From an uncultured Acidimicrobiaceae bacterium (GTDB lineage Bacteria; Actinomycetota; Acidimicrobiia; Acidimicrobiales; Palsa-688): 64,000 nucleotides of DNA. Below, piece by piece: positions 51,316 to 64,000 of the stretch (position 1 is the first letter of the stretch; each line of letters opens with the position of its first letter). The stretch is from the NCBI GenBank assembly GCA_963735305.1, contig CAVTKK010000002.1, forward strand, positions 2,481 to 66,480, read 5' to 3'. The notes under the pieces are model-generated. The model was not told the DNA's origin. It did not search any database and saw nothing but the letters and a program-made list of their open reading frames with translations. The position numbers and the translations under genes were made by a program.

Positions 51316-51627
51316 GTGGTCCTCGGTGTGGAGAAGTTGCTGGGCATTACCGATGCGTTCGTGGTCACCAGTGGCAGCAACCCTCGCCAGGTTCGCTCGA
51401 TCCGTGACGAAATCGAACGCCAGCTGAAGCTCGCCGGCGCCGGGAAGCCGCTTGCCGTCGAGGGCCTCGACGATGCCCGCTGGGTGTTGATGGACTACGG
51501 CGACTTCCTGGTACACGTCTTCCTGGAAGAGACGCGTCAGTTTTATGACCTGGAGCACCTGTGGGGCGACGCCCCCCGCTGGGCTTGGGACGAACCTTCG
51601 GACGCGCTGGTGGGGACACCCGGCTAG
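51316..51627 (+). CDS. rsfS: ribosomal silencing factor RsfS (iojap-like); N-terminus unresolved
   Basis: ITDAFVVTSGSNPRQVRSIRDEI...WVLMDYGDFLVHVFLEETRQFYDLEHLW. RsfS-like sequence (AVAARAASTKLGRETVVL) continues upstream of the GTG at 51316 back to a TAG at 51187 without a canonical start codon. Confidence 0.8.
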   Translation: MVLGVEKLLGITDAFVVTSGSNPRQVRSIRDEIERQLKLAGAGKPLAVEGLDDARWVLMDYGDFLVHVFLEETRQFYDLEHLWGDAPRWAWDEPSDALVGTPG

Positions 51628-51662
51628 CCGCAGGCTGCCACCTTGGGGTAGGGCCGGCGCGG

Positions 51663-51989
51663 TTATGCGCTTTGTATCTTGATCTCGATATCGACGCCGG
51701 CCGGCAACTCGATGCGCTGAAGAGAGTCGACCGTCTTGGACGTGTGCTCGACGATGTCGAGCAGGCGCTTGTGTACTCGCATCTCGAAGTGCTCCCGGCT
51801 GTCCTTGTACTTATGGGGGCTCCGGATGACCGTGAAGCGGTTGATCTCGGTGGGCAGGGGGACGGGGCCACGCACCTTGGCCTGGGTGCGCAGCACCGTC
51901 TCGACGATCTTCTTGGTCGACTGGTCTATGACCTCGTGGTCGTAAGCCTTCAGCCGTATCCGTATGCGCTGTTTGGCACCTTCAGCCAC
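51663..51989 (-). CDS. rpsJ: 30S ribosomal protein S10
   Basis: [18 protein letters not shown]...RGPVPLPT...[20 protein letters not shown]. Confidence 0.95.
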   Translation of the reverse strand: MAEGAKQRIRIRLKAYDHEVIDQSTKKIVETVLRTQAKVRGPVPLPTEINRFTVIRSPHKYKDSREHFEMRVHKRLLDIVEHTSKTVDSLQRIELPAGVDIEIKIQSA

Positions 51990-52013
51990 GGGGTTCTCCG
52001 TCCTCAGCCGTTG

Positions 52014-53204
52014 TTACTTGATGATCTTGGTGACGCGACCGGCGCCGACGGTATGCCCACCCTCACGGATGGCAAAACGCAAGCCTTCGTCCATGGCAAT
52101 CGGCTTGCCCAGCTCCACCGTCATAACCACGTTGTCGCCGGGCATGACCATTTCCGTGCCTTCGGGGAGGGTGACCGACCCGGTGACATCGGTGGTCCGG
52201 AAATAGAACTGCGGCCGATAGTTGGTGAAGAAGGGCTTGTGGCGTCCACCCTCGTTCTTGGTCAGCACGTAGACGTTGGCCTCGAAGTTGGTGTGGGGAG
52301 TTATCGAGCCCGGCTTACAGAGCACCTGGCCGCGCGCCACTTCCTCCTTCTTGGTGCCCCGCAACAGGACGCCGATGTTGTCGCCGGCCTGGCCCTGGTC
52401 GAGGAGCTTACGGAACATCTCCACCCCGGTGCACACGGTCTTGGCCGTGGGCCGCAGCCCGACGATCTCGACCGGGTCATTGACCTTGACGATGCCCTGC
52501 TCGACCTTGCCCGTGGCGACCGTGCCCCGGCCGGAAACGGTGAGAACGTCCTCGATGGGCATGAGGAAGGGCTTCTCGATGTCGCGGCTGGGTTCGGGCA
52601 CGTAGCTGTCCACGGCTTCCATCAGCTCGAGGATCCCCTTGGCCGCCTCCGGGTCGCCCTCGAGGGCTTTGAGCGCAGATACACGCACGACGGGGATGTC
52701 GTCGCCCGGGAACTCGTAGAAGCTGAGCAGTTCACGCACCTCGAGCTCGACCAGCTCGAGCAGCTCCTCGTCCTCCATGGCGTCGACCTTGTTGAGAGCG
52801 ACGACGATGGAAGGCACGTTGACCTGGCGGGCCAGGAGCACGTGCTCCCGGGTCTGGGCCATGGGGCCATCGGGGGCGGACACGACCAGGATGGCACCGT
52901 CGACCTGGGCCGCACCGGTGATCATGTTTTTGATGTAGTCGGCATGACCCGGCATATCGACGTGCGCGTAATGGCGGTGGTCGGTCTGGTACTCGACGTG
53001 GGCGATATTGATCGTGATGCCGCGCTGGCGCTCCTCCGGTGCCTTGTCGATGGCATCGAAGGCGGTGAAAGAGTTGTGCTTGGGGTCGTGAGCAGTGAGC
53101 ACCTTGGTGATAGCCGCGGTCAAGGTGGTCTTGCCGTGGTCAATGTGCCCCATCGTCCCGATGTTGAGGTGGGGTTTCGTGCGCTCGAATTTTTGCTTGG
53201 CCAT
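52014..53204 (-). CDS. tuf: translation elongation factor Tu
   Basis: [31 protein letters not shown]..., [15 protein letters not shown] at 53202-53204. Confidence 0.97.
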   Translation of the reverse strand: MAKQKFERTKPHLNIGTMGHIDHGKTTLTAAITKVLTAHDPKHNSFTAFDAIDKAPEERQRGITINIAHVEYQTDHRHYAHVDMPGHADYIKNMITGAAQVDGAILVVSAPDGPMAQTREHVLLARQVNVPSIVVALNKVDAMEDEELLELVELEVRELLSFYEFPGDDIPVVRVSALKALEGDPEAAKGILELMEAVDSYVPEPSRDIEKPFLMPIEDVLTVSGRGTVATGKVEQGIVKVNDPVEIVGLRPTAKTVCTGVEMFRKLLDQGQAGDNIGVLLRGTKKEEVARGQVLCKPGSITPHTNFEANVYVLTKNEGGRHKPFFTNYRPQFYFRTTDVTGSVTLPEGTEMVMPGDNVVMTVELGKPIAMDEGLRFAIREGGHTVGAGRVTKIIK

Positions 53205-53288
53205 TAACAATGCTCCCTGTGCAAATCCGGCCCTCAGCCGGAGGCGGTCTAGTACCCTAGCAGGTGAAGGAGGGTGCCGGCGGTGGCG

Positions 53289-55391
<2,103 letters not shown>

Positions 55392-55513
55392 TCAGTCGCC
55401 TCGGGGTCGTCTTTGTCTCGCTTAACGGGTTGGCCTTGTGTGCTCGTTGTCGCCCTGCTCGCCCCGGTACTCGGACGAGAGCCGCTGGCGGCAACCGGGC
55501 CCGGTAGCGCTAT

Positions 55514-55985
<472 letters not shown>

Positions 55986-56004
55986 TATCTGACCTCTAGC
56001 CTTT

Positions 56005-56373
56005 CTAAGCCTTCTTGGCGCCGTAGCGGCTGCGTGCTTGCTTGCGGTCCCGGACGCCAGCGGTGTCAAGCGTGCCCCGGATGACCTTGTAACGCACCCC
56101 GGGAAGGTCCTTGACACGCCCGCCACGCACCAGGACGATGGAGTGCTCCTGAAGGTTGTGGCCGACGCCGGGGATGTAGGCGGTGATCTCGAACCCGCTC
56201 GACAGCCGCACGCGGGCCACCTTGCGCAGCGCCGAGTTGGGTTTTTTGGGGGTGTTGGTGTACACGCGGGTGCACACTCCCCGCCGCTGGGGCGCGCCCT
56301 TGAGGGCCGGCGTCTTGGTCTTCTTGGAGTTCTGTTGACGGCCCTTGCGGACCAACTGGGCAATTGTGGGCAC
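56005..56373 (-). CDS. rpsL: 30S ribosomal protein S12
   Basis: (V)[11 protein letters not shown]...[38 protein letters not shown] start at 56373. Confidence 0.95.
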   Translation of the reverse strand: MPTIAQLVRKGRQQNSKKTKTPALKGAPQRRGVCTRVYTNTPKKPNSALRKVARVRLSSGFEITAYIPGVGHNLQEHSIVLVRGGRVKDLPGVRYKVIRGTLDTAGVRDRKQARSRYGAKKA

Positions 56374-56539
56374 TGGACCTCTGATGGAGAGAGTTCTTGC
56401 TTCGACGGGGCGCGTACAATGAACCAGCTGCCCCGTTGGACGAGTAGCCATGATAGCACGGCGGGCGCTTTTCCCAAGTCGGGACGCTCTTGGACCAGCC
56501 CGGGCCCAAAATGCGCTCAGATGGGAAGGAGGAGGTTCC

Positions 56540-57633
56540 ATGATGCCCGCTCACGCCACCGTCGCCACCAATGACGGCATGAACTATGCGCCGAGGGGCA
56601 AGCCGACGCCGGTGTGCGCCGAAGGCGAGTTCGTCTTCGCCGCCGTTGGCCTCGACCACGGGCATATCTACGGCATGTGCAACGGCCTGAGCGAGGCGGG
56701 GCCCGGCTCAAGTGGGCCTACGACCCCGACCCGGCCAAGACGGCCGCCTTTGCCGACAGGTGGCCCGATGTGCAGGTGGCCAGGAGTGAGAGCGAGATCC
56801 TGGAGGACCCGGGAGTACAGCTCGTGGCCGGGGCGGCCGTACCGGTCGACCATGCGGCCCTGGGCCTCCGGGTCATGGCCCACGGCAAGGACTACTTCAC
56901 CGACAAGCCGGCTCTGACCACCCTCGAGCAACTGGAGCAGGCCCGCCAGGCGGTAAGGAGCACCGGCCGCAAGTATGCCGTGTACTACAGCGAGCGGATC
57001 CATGTGGAGAGCGCCGTGCTCGCCGGTCAGTTGGTACAAGACGGCGCCCTCGGGCGGGTCCTGCAGGTGATCGGCATGGGGCCGCACCGGGCCGACCTTC
57101 CCTCCCGGCCCTCGTGGTTCTTCGAACGGGAGCGCTACGGGGGGATCCTGTGCGATATCGGGAGCCACCAGGTCGAACAGTTCCTCTACTTCACGGGCAA
57201 CACCGACGCCCGGGTGCTCAACAGCCAGGTCGCCAACTACGCCCACCGGGACCGGCCGGGCCTGGAGGACTTCGGAGACTGCAACCTGGCCGGTGACAAC
57301 GGTGCCACCGGCTACTTCCGCGTCGACTGGTTCACCCCCGACGGGTTGAGCGGCTGGGGGGACGGCCGTACGTTCATCCTGGGCACGCTCGGCTACCTGG
57401 AGCTGCGCAAGTACCTCAATGTGGCTACCGGGGACGGGGGCAACCACGTCTACCTGGTGGACGGGACCGGTGAGCACCACCTCGCCGTGAGCGGGCAGGT
57501 CGGGTACCCGTACTTCGGCGAGCTTATCCTCGACTGCCTGAATAGGACCGAGCGGGCCATGCCCCAGTCCCATGCGTTCAAGGCGGCCGAACTGTGCGTG
57601 GTCGCCGAGCAGCAGGCCCGCCGTACCGAGTGA
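56540..57633 (+). CDS. Gfo/Idh/MocA-family oxidoreductase, one frameshift in the G-run at 56697-56700
   Basis: GGAAGGAGGAGG lies upstream of the ATG at 56540. The N-terminal [24 protein letters not shown] continues as [24 protein letters not shown]... in ORF 56614..57633. Typical family length and pattern, family-level call only. Confidence 0.6.
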
Positions 57634-57661
57634 CCGACGGGCCTGATAAAAGTGACCCGTG

Positions 57662-59566
57662 TCAGGCCGCCCCTCCCACGACCGTGGTCTTGGCCGAGGT
57701 GGGCGAGCCCTGGGCGCCGGCGCTGCCAAAACCGGCCGCCGTGCCGTTGGCACTGACGACCCAGTACCCGGTGCCGTTCCCACTGGGCACTATTGCCTTG
57801 ACGGGCGTGGGCGAAAGACCGGCCCCGGAGCCGTAGTTGGTGGCGGCGGGCCCGAAGGCGTAGACGTCGCCGCCGGAGGCGACGAGCCAGTAGCCCTTGC
57901 CGCCCGAGGCGGCGGCGATGCCGACGATGGGCTTGGACAGGTGGCGAGCGGTCGTCGAGCCGTAAAAAGCGGCGGCGCCGTAGTTGAAGATGCCACCGTC
58001 GGAGGCGACGAGCCAGTAGCCCTTGCCGTCAGGGGTGGCGGCGATGCCGACGATGGGCTTGGACAGGTGCAGCTTCGCCGGCGAGCCGTGCAAGACGGCG
58101 TCGCCGTAGTTGAACATGCCACCGTCGGAGGCGACGAGCCAGTAGCCCTTGCCGTCAGGGGTGGCGGCGATGCCGACGATGGGCTTGGACAGGTGCAGCT
58201 TCGACTTTGACGGCGAGCCGTAGTTGACGGCGTCCCCGAAGGCGCGGACGACGCCCTTGGAAGTGACCAACCAGTACCCCTGGCCGTCCGGCGTGGCCGC
58301 CATGCCCACCACCGGAGCCGTCGAGGTGGCGCTCATGGAACCGAGCCCCCCGGCGTCACCGGAGTGCAGGACCTTGCCGGTGCTGGTCACGAGCCAGTAC
58401 GAGCCAACGGGGCCGGAGGCACTGGCGCCGCTGCGGGGCTCGTTTACCAGGGCGAACGTCGCCGGGATGCTAATGCCGCCAACCGAGGCGGTGACGACGT
58501 AGCCGCCGGTATGCCCATTGGCGGAGAAGTCGGGTGCGGTGGCGACCCCGTCGGAATTGGTCAGCACCGTTGCCGTCGCACCGGCACCGGCGAAGACCCC
58601 GCTGGCCCCCGTCTTCGGCGCCGAGAAGGTGACCGTTGCCCCGGCCAGCGGGTTGCTGTCGGTATCGGTCACCGTTACGGCCAGCGGCACCGGGAAGTCC
58701 GTCCCAAGCTCTGTGCTCTGCGATGTCCCGACCCCGGCGACGAGGTTACTGGCGACACCGGCCCGGTCGGTGAGATCGAAGGTGGCCACCGAGTTGGCCC
58801 CCTGCACGCTGGCCGTAACCGTGAAGGGGCCGGCCGTGGTCCCAGCCGTGAGTGCCGGGCTGGTGGCGGCGCCGTTCTCGTCGGTCTGGACGGCGGCGCT
58901 GGCCCCCGCACCGGCGAAGGTCGCCCCCGCCCCGGCCGTGGTGACCACGGTGAAGTTGACCGTGGTCCCCGCCACCGGGTCGCCGTAGCCATCATTGACC
59001 AGCACCTGCAGGGGTTCAGCAAAGGTCGCGCCAATCTGAGCGGACTGCCCGTTGCCCGTACCAACGGTCACCGACGACACCACGCCCACGGTGGTATTGG
59101 CGAGCTCGAAGGGCGCCGAGACGTAGTTCTCGAAGCTGGCCACGACGGTGTACGAGCCGGTCACGTCGTCGGCATACAGAGCCGGAGCCGTGGCCGTGCC
59201 TGTGCTGTCGGTTACGACGGACACGGCCGTGGACCCGCCGTTGAAACTGGCCCCGGCGCCCGCGGCCATGACCGTGAACTCGACGCCGACGTTGGCGGCC
59301 GGGCAGTTGCTCGTACCGACGTACTCGGTGACCTGGACCTCCAGGGGAGTGCTAAAGGCCGTGCCCACCTTGGCGCTCTGCGGTGTCCCGGCCACGTCGG
59401 TGAGCACGAACGATGGCGCCGCCGTCCCCGTGCATTGTTGGCCGGCTTGGCCGGCGGCGAAAGCCGGGCTCGCTGACAAGGCCGCCACACCGGTGCTCAG
59501 TCCGACGGGGACCGCTCCGATGAGGGCGAGGGCGCAAATGGCCGGCCTGAACGAGGGTGTTTTCAC
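57662..59566 (-). CDS. secreted protein: signal peptide + three Ig-like (Big_1/invasin-like) domains + six ~42-aa GYWLV...DGG.F.[FY]G repeats (beta-propeller-like)
   Basis: Signal [37 protein letters not shown]. Three ~100-aa units of pattern G..QSA..G..F..PL.V.V.D..G.P.AG..V.F.....GA.F......V.TD..G.AT.P.......G.Y.V.AS. The C-terminal repeats are ...[31 protein letters not shown].GS. The GTG overlaps the stop of the upstream gene (GTGA). Confidence 0.7.
   Translation of the reverse strand: [634 protein letters not shown]
57881..58258. repeat. three tandem 126-bp units (42-aa repeat blades)
   Basis: Units start at 57881, 58007 and 58133. Units 2 and 3 are identical over their first ~71 nt. 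Confidence 0.85.
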
Positions 59567-60429
59567 GACGATGCTCCGGCCGTGCCGCTGCGGGCGCCGG
59601 AACCGCCCCGGAAGCCGAAGCCTATGGTGCAGCTCCCGCCGACCGGTTGGGTCACGGTCAGCCGGGTGGCGCTGACGACCCCGATGTCATTGGTACTGCC
59701 GAAGGCGGTGGCGCACTCACCGACCTTGAGGGCCCCGGCGGTCACCTTCTCGGTTTTCGAGTACCTCGTCTTGGAGGTGACGACCACGGTCTGGGGGCTG
59801 GCTTTGGGTGTTGTCGTGGGCTTTTTAGCCGAGGTCCCCGAGGCCGGACGCCCCCCGAAGCCGGCGAAGCTGATCCCCTCGACGATGATCGTCGAGCCCG
59901 ACACCTTGGTCACTTTTCCGATGGCCCCGGCGACGTTGGTCGGCCTGAACCGGGCTGGGACCGTGCCGGTCGTGCGAGGGGCGCCGCCCCCGGAGCCTCC
60001 CCGGAAACCCCCGCCGCCGGCGCCGAAGCCGCCACGCACGACGCAGCTACCTTTGACCGCACCGGTGATGGTGACGAGCGTGGCGTCGACCTTGCCCCCC
60101 GCGCCTTTGGTACCGGAGGCGGAAATGCAGGTGCCCACCTTGACGTCGCGAAAGGCCAGGGCCACAGTGGCGGTGATGGCCGTCTTGGCCGTGAGCTCGA
60201 CGGTCGTCTGCCCGCTCGTGCCCTGGACCTCCAGGTTTTGGCCGAGGATGCTGGCGATGGTCCCCGAGGCGGCCGGGGTGAAGTTGGGCGCGCTCGGCGC
60301 AGCGGTCGTGGTCTTCGTCTTGCTTGCCGCTACCAATGGCGAGCTGGCCACGAGCGATACGGCCACCAGAGTGCCGACCACCAGGGCGGGGCGCAGGGCG
60401 TGGTTGCGCAGGCGAACGGTCTTATCCAT
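59563..60429 (-). CDS. secreted protein with two beta-rich repeats (DUF5666-like pattern) separated and followed by Gly/Phe/Arg-rich segments
   Basis: Signal ...ALVVGTLVAVSLVASSPLVAAS. Two similar modules (G.I.SI.G..L.V.G..G.T.V..T..T......A....VKVG.C..A.G......V.A..VT.....GSC). Low-complexity segments RGGFGAGGGGFRGGSGGG and GFGFRGGSG. The DUF assignment is by pattern only. Confidence 0.55.
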   Translation of the reverse strand: MDKTVRLRNHALRPALVVGTLVAVSLVASSPLVAASKTKTTTAAPSAPNFTPAASGTIASILGQNLEVQGTSGQTTVELTAKTAITATVALAFRDVKVGTCISASGTKGAGGKVDATLVTITGAVKGSCVVRGGFGAGGGGFRGGSGGGAPRTTGTVPARFRPTNVAGAIGKVTKVSGSTIIVEGISFAGFGGRPASGTSAKKPTTTPKASPQTVVVTSKTRYSKTEKVTAGALKVGECATAFGSTNDIGVVSATRLTVTQPVGGSCTIGFGFRGGSGARSGTAGASS

Positions 60430-60465
60430 TTGTGTCTCTTTCCTCCTGTTTCAAGCGGGACAGGT

Positions 60466-61679
60466 TCAGTCGCTGCGCAGCGCCTCTATGGGCGCCAGGC
60501 GGGCAGCACGGGACGCGGGGTAAACCCCGAAAACGACTCCGATCACCATGGCCACGGCGATGGCGCCGACGGTGGCCGGACCGGAAATGGCGATCTTGTT
60601 GGATATGAAATGCGGTAGCACTTCGGCGCCGGCGACGCCCAATGCCGCACCCACCAGACCTCCGACCAGGCCGAGTGTGGACGCCTCGACCAGGAACTGG
60701 CGCCGGATCACCGACGGGGTGGCGCCGAGCGCCTTGCGCAGGCCGATCTCCCGGATGCGCTCGGTGACCGACACCAGCATTATGTTCATCACGCCTATAC
60801 CGCCCACCAGTAGGGATATCGCCGCTATCCCGGCCAGCAGGATGGTAAGGGTGTTGTCCACCGAGGTTGCCGTCTGGAGGATCGACCCCTGCGACGTGAT
60901 GGTGAAGTCGGCATCGGCCGGGTCGGTTATGCCATGGAGCGACAGCAGCTCGTCGTTGGCCTCGTTGTAAGCGGCGCCCATGGCCGAGCTCGACGCCGCC
61001 TCGAGGTAGATGGTCGAGACCGACGATGAACCCGTCAGGACCTCCTGCGCCGTCGTTATGGGCACCACAGCCAGGTCGTCCTCGTTAGTGGAGGCGGAGC
61101 TGCCCTCACTGTTGAGTACGCCGATGACCGTGAACGGGACGGTCCCGATGTCGATGGTCTCGCCCACGGGGGAGAAAAGGCCCAGTTCTTCCGCCGTGGT
61201 CTGGCCCAGGACGACGACGTTGTCGTCACTGCTGACTTCTTGAGGGGTGAAGAACGACCCGAGGGCGATGGAACGGTCCCGCACCGACAGGTAGGCGGCG
61301 GTGGACCCGTAAACCGTCGTGGTCCAGTTCGAGGTGCCGGCGACCAGTGACTCGCTCCTGGTCACTTGCGGCGCCACCCCGGCGATGTCGGGGCAGTCGA
61401 CCTTATTGGCCAAGGCCTGGGAGTTGGAATAGGTCAGCGTTGACGCCGAACCGAAGCCGCCCCTCACCAAGCCGGTGGTGGTGCTGCCCGGGGTGACGAT
61501 CAACAGGTTGGTGCCGAGACTGTTTATGGCCGAGTTGACCGACGCCGTGGCTCCTTCCCCGAGGCCCACGGTGAGGATGACGGCCGCGATCCCGATGAGG
61601 ATGCCGAGAACGGTCAGGCTCGAACGCATGCGGTGGCTCGTTATGGCTTCGAAACCCGAGCGCAGGGTGTCCAACCAGC

Positions 61680-61683
<4 letters not shown>
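60466..61683 (-). CDS. ABC transporter permease, MacB type (N-terminal TM, periplasmic core domain, FtsX four-helix bundle)
   Basis: ...SHRMRSSLTVLGILIGIAAVI...; large extracytoplasmic domain; C-terminal ...IREIGLRKALGATPSVIRRQFLVEA...YPASRAARLAPIEALRSD. The ATG overlaps the ATPase stop (ATGA). Confidence 0.9.
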
Positions 61684-62420
<737 letters not shown>

Positions 62421-62465
62421 CGGCGGGAGGCTCGGGCGGTGCCCCGGGCGAGTAGTAGGGAAGGC

Positions 62466-64000
62466 TCACCCCAGACCACCACCTCGGGTGAAGGCCCCGC
62501 CCCCGCCCCCGCCGCCGAAGCCGCCCGCGCCGCCGCCGAAGCCGCCGCCGCCGCCGAAGCCGCGGGTAGTCAAGCCACTCGTACCGGACGGGACGGTCGA
62601 GCGGAGAGAGGCGATGATGACTTCCTGGCCCGATTTGAGACCGGAGAGGACCTGGTCGTACGGCGAACCGGTGGCGCCTATGGTGACGGTCTGTTGCACT
62701 TCCTTGCCGTTCTTCAGGACGTCCACGTAGGAGGACGTGCCCTCGGTGTGGACGGCACTGGTCGGCACCACCAGCACGTTGTTGACCTGACGGATGACGA
62801 GCTCGACGTCGGCGCTGGCCCCGGGATAAAGGCCCGAGGAGTTGCCGGTGACCAGTACGGTGACCGGGAAGCTGGTCACACCGCTGCTGGTCGAACCGTA
62901 GATGCTGAAGCTGGAGACGATGCCGTAGAACGTCGCCGTGCCCCCGACGGGGGTGATGATGGCTTGCTCGCCGTCCTGGACGTCGCCGATTTGCGCCGTC
63001 GTGGCGTCGGCGGCCACGACGTAGGTGCCGGCGGGCTCTATTACGACCTGGGCTGAAGCCGAGCTCGAAGCTTCCCGAGCTGGCGCTGGACCCGGAAGAG
63101 GCCGCCCCGCTCGAACTACTGCTCGAGGCGCTGGAACCGGCGGAACCGGTGGCCGCACTGACCGTCGTGGCCCCCGCGCTCACGGACTGGCCCTCGGAGA
63201 GGCTGACGGCTACCACCGTCCCGGCTATGGGCGAGGTCAGGTTGGCGTCGGCCAGGTTGGCCTTGGCCTGAGCCAGGCTCACCTGGTCGACAGCTACGGT
63301 CGCCTGGTCGGCAGCCACCTGGGCCGGTTCACCGACCTGGTCGGAACTGACGCCCGTCTTGGCCTCGCTGAGCTGCAGCTGCGCCGCCGTCACCTGGGCT
63401 TGTGCCTGCTGGAGCGATTGCTGGTCCTTCAGCTCGGTAGAGCCCAGGCTGGCGTCGGCGGTATTGACGGCCTCCTGGTCCTTCTGCAGCGTGGTGGCCA
63501 TGTCCTGTTTGGCCGCCGTGATCGCCTGCTGGTCCTTTTGCAGGGTGGTGGCCAGCTGCTCCTTGGCGCTGGTGATCGCCTCCTGGTCCTTTTGCACCGT
63601 GGTGGCCAGCTGCTCGGTGGCACTGGTGACCGCCTGTTGGGCGTTGGTGGCCGTAGAGCCCGACTGGGTCTGGGCGCTGTCCAGCGACTGCCGGTCCTTC
63701 TGCACTGTCGTGGTCAACTGGGTCCGAGCGCTGTCCAGTGCCTCCTGGTCCTTCTGCAGCGTGGTGGCCACCTGCTCTTTGGCACTGGTGATGGCCTGCT
63801 GGTCCTTTTGCAGGGTGGTGGCCACCTGCTCCTTGGCGCTGGTAATGGCCTGCTGGTCCTTCTGGACCGCGGTGACTAGCTGCTCCTTGGAACTCGTGAT
63901 CGACTGCTGGTCCTTCGGCAGGGTGGCCGCCAGCTGCTCCTGGGAACTCGTGATCGATTGCCGGTCCTTTTGCAGAGTGGCCGCCAGCTGCTCCTGGGAA
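62466..64000 (-). CDS. HlyD/MacA-type periplasmic adaptor (membrane fusion protein), 5' end beyond the window, one frameshift around 63058-63100
   Basis: The minus-strand frame is open to the window edge. There is a long helical repeat region, then LTSPIAGTVVAVSLSEGQSV (lipoyl/barrel-sandwich motif), a Ser/Ala linker, and then (in ORF 62466..63158) ...VELVIRQVNNVLVVPTSAVH...VDVLKNGKEV...VTIG...V.SGLKSGQEVI and a Gly/Phe-rich tail. Confidence 0.8.
63466..64000. repeat. array of 54-bp tandem repeats (at least 10 copies, continues past the window) encoding an 18-aa helical repeat
   Basis: The unit is approximately CTGCTGGTCCTTTTGCAGGGTGGTGGCCACCTGCTCCTTGGCGCTGGTAATGGC. On the minus strand it encodes variants of ATTLQKDQQAITSAKEQL. 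Confidence 0.9.

Overview
Gene-dense, high-GC (roughly 68-70% by eye) chromosomal segment of an actinobacterium-like genome, judged from a CtaF-type oxidase subunit IV and Mycobacterium-like synteny. The class cannot be determined from sequence alone. Most of the window is conserved housekeeping: a minus-strand block tsaD-rimI-tsaB-tsaE-udg-alr-nnr-acpS-(long GlmS-like)-glmM-rpsI-rplM (0.3-12.8 kb), ctaC-ctaD-ctaF (12.9-15.9 kb), an lpdA-like flavoprotein and pspA (16.3-19.5 kb), PFOR + DHOD-like + proA (33.5-39.6 kb), sirA-cysH, aroG, nadD-rsfS (46.3-51.6 kb) and rpsL-rpsG-fusA-tuf-rpsJ (51.7-56.4 kb). Three accessory-looking islands deserve a second look. (i) A signalling island at 21.4-32.3 kb holds a LuxR-type response regulator, a stand-alone receiver, a polytopic GAF histidine kinase translationally coupled to an orphan ABC ATPase, a REC-HTH-class III cyclase directly coupled to a cNMP-binding protein with an unrecognised N-terminal domain, and a large FtsX permease. 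(ii) A MoxR-VWA-SPFH/zinc-ribbon-Tim44-like module followed by a peptidoglycan hydrolase lies at 39.6-46.1 kb. (iii) A MacAB-like exporter operon at 57.7 to >64 kb has an adaptor carrying a long array of 18-aa repeats, and is co-transcribed with two secreted repeat proteins. I recognised no rRNA, tRNA, CRISPR array, transposase or integrase. Major caveat: about 20 single-base frameshifts interrupt otherwise well-conserved genes, including rpsG, ctaD, glmM, nadD and proA. These are most simply explained as consensus indel errors in the assembly. All family assignments come from motif recognition by eye on the supplied translations; no database search was run.
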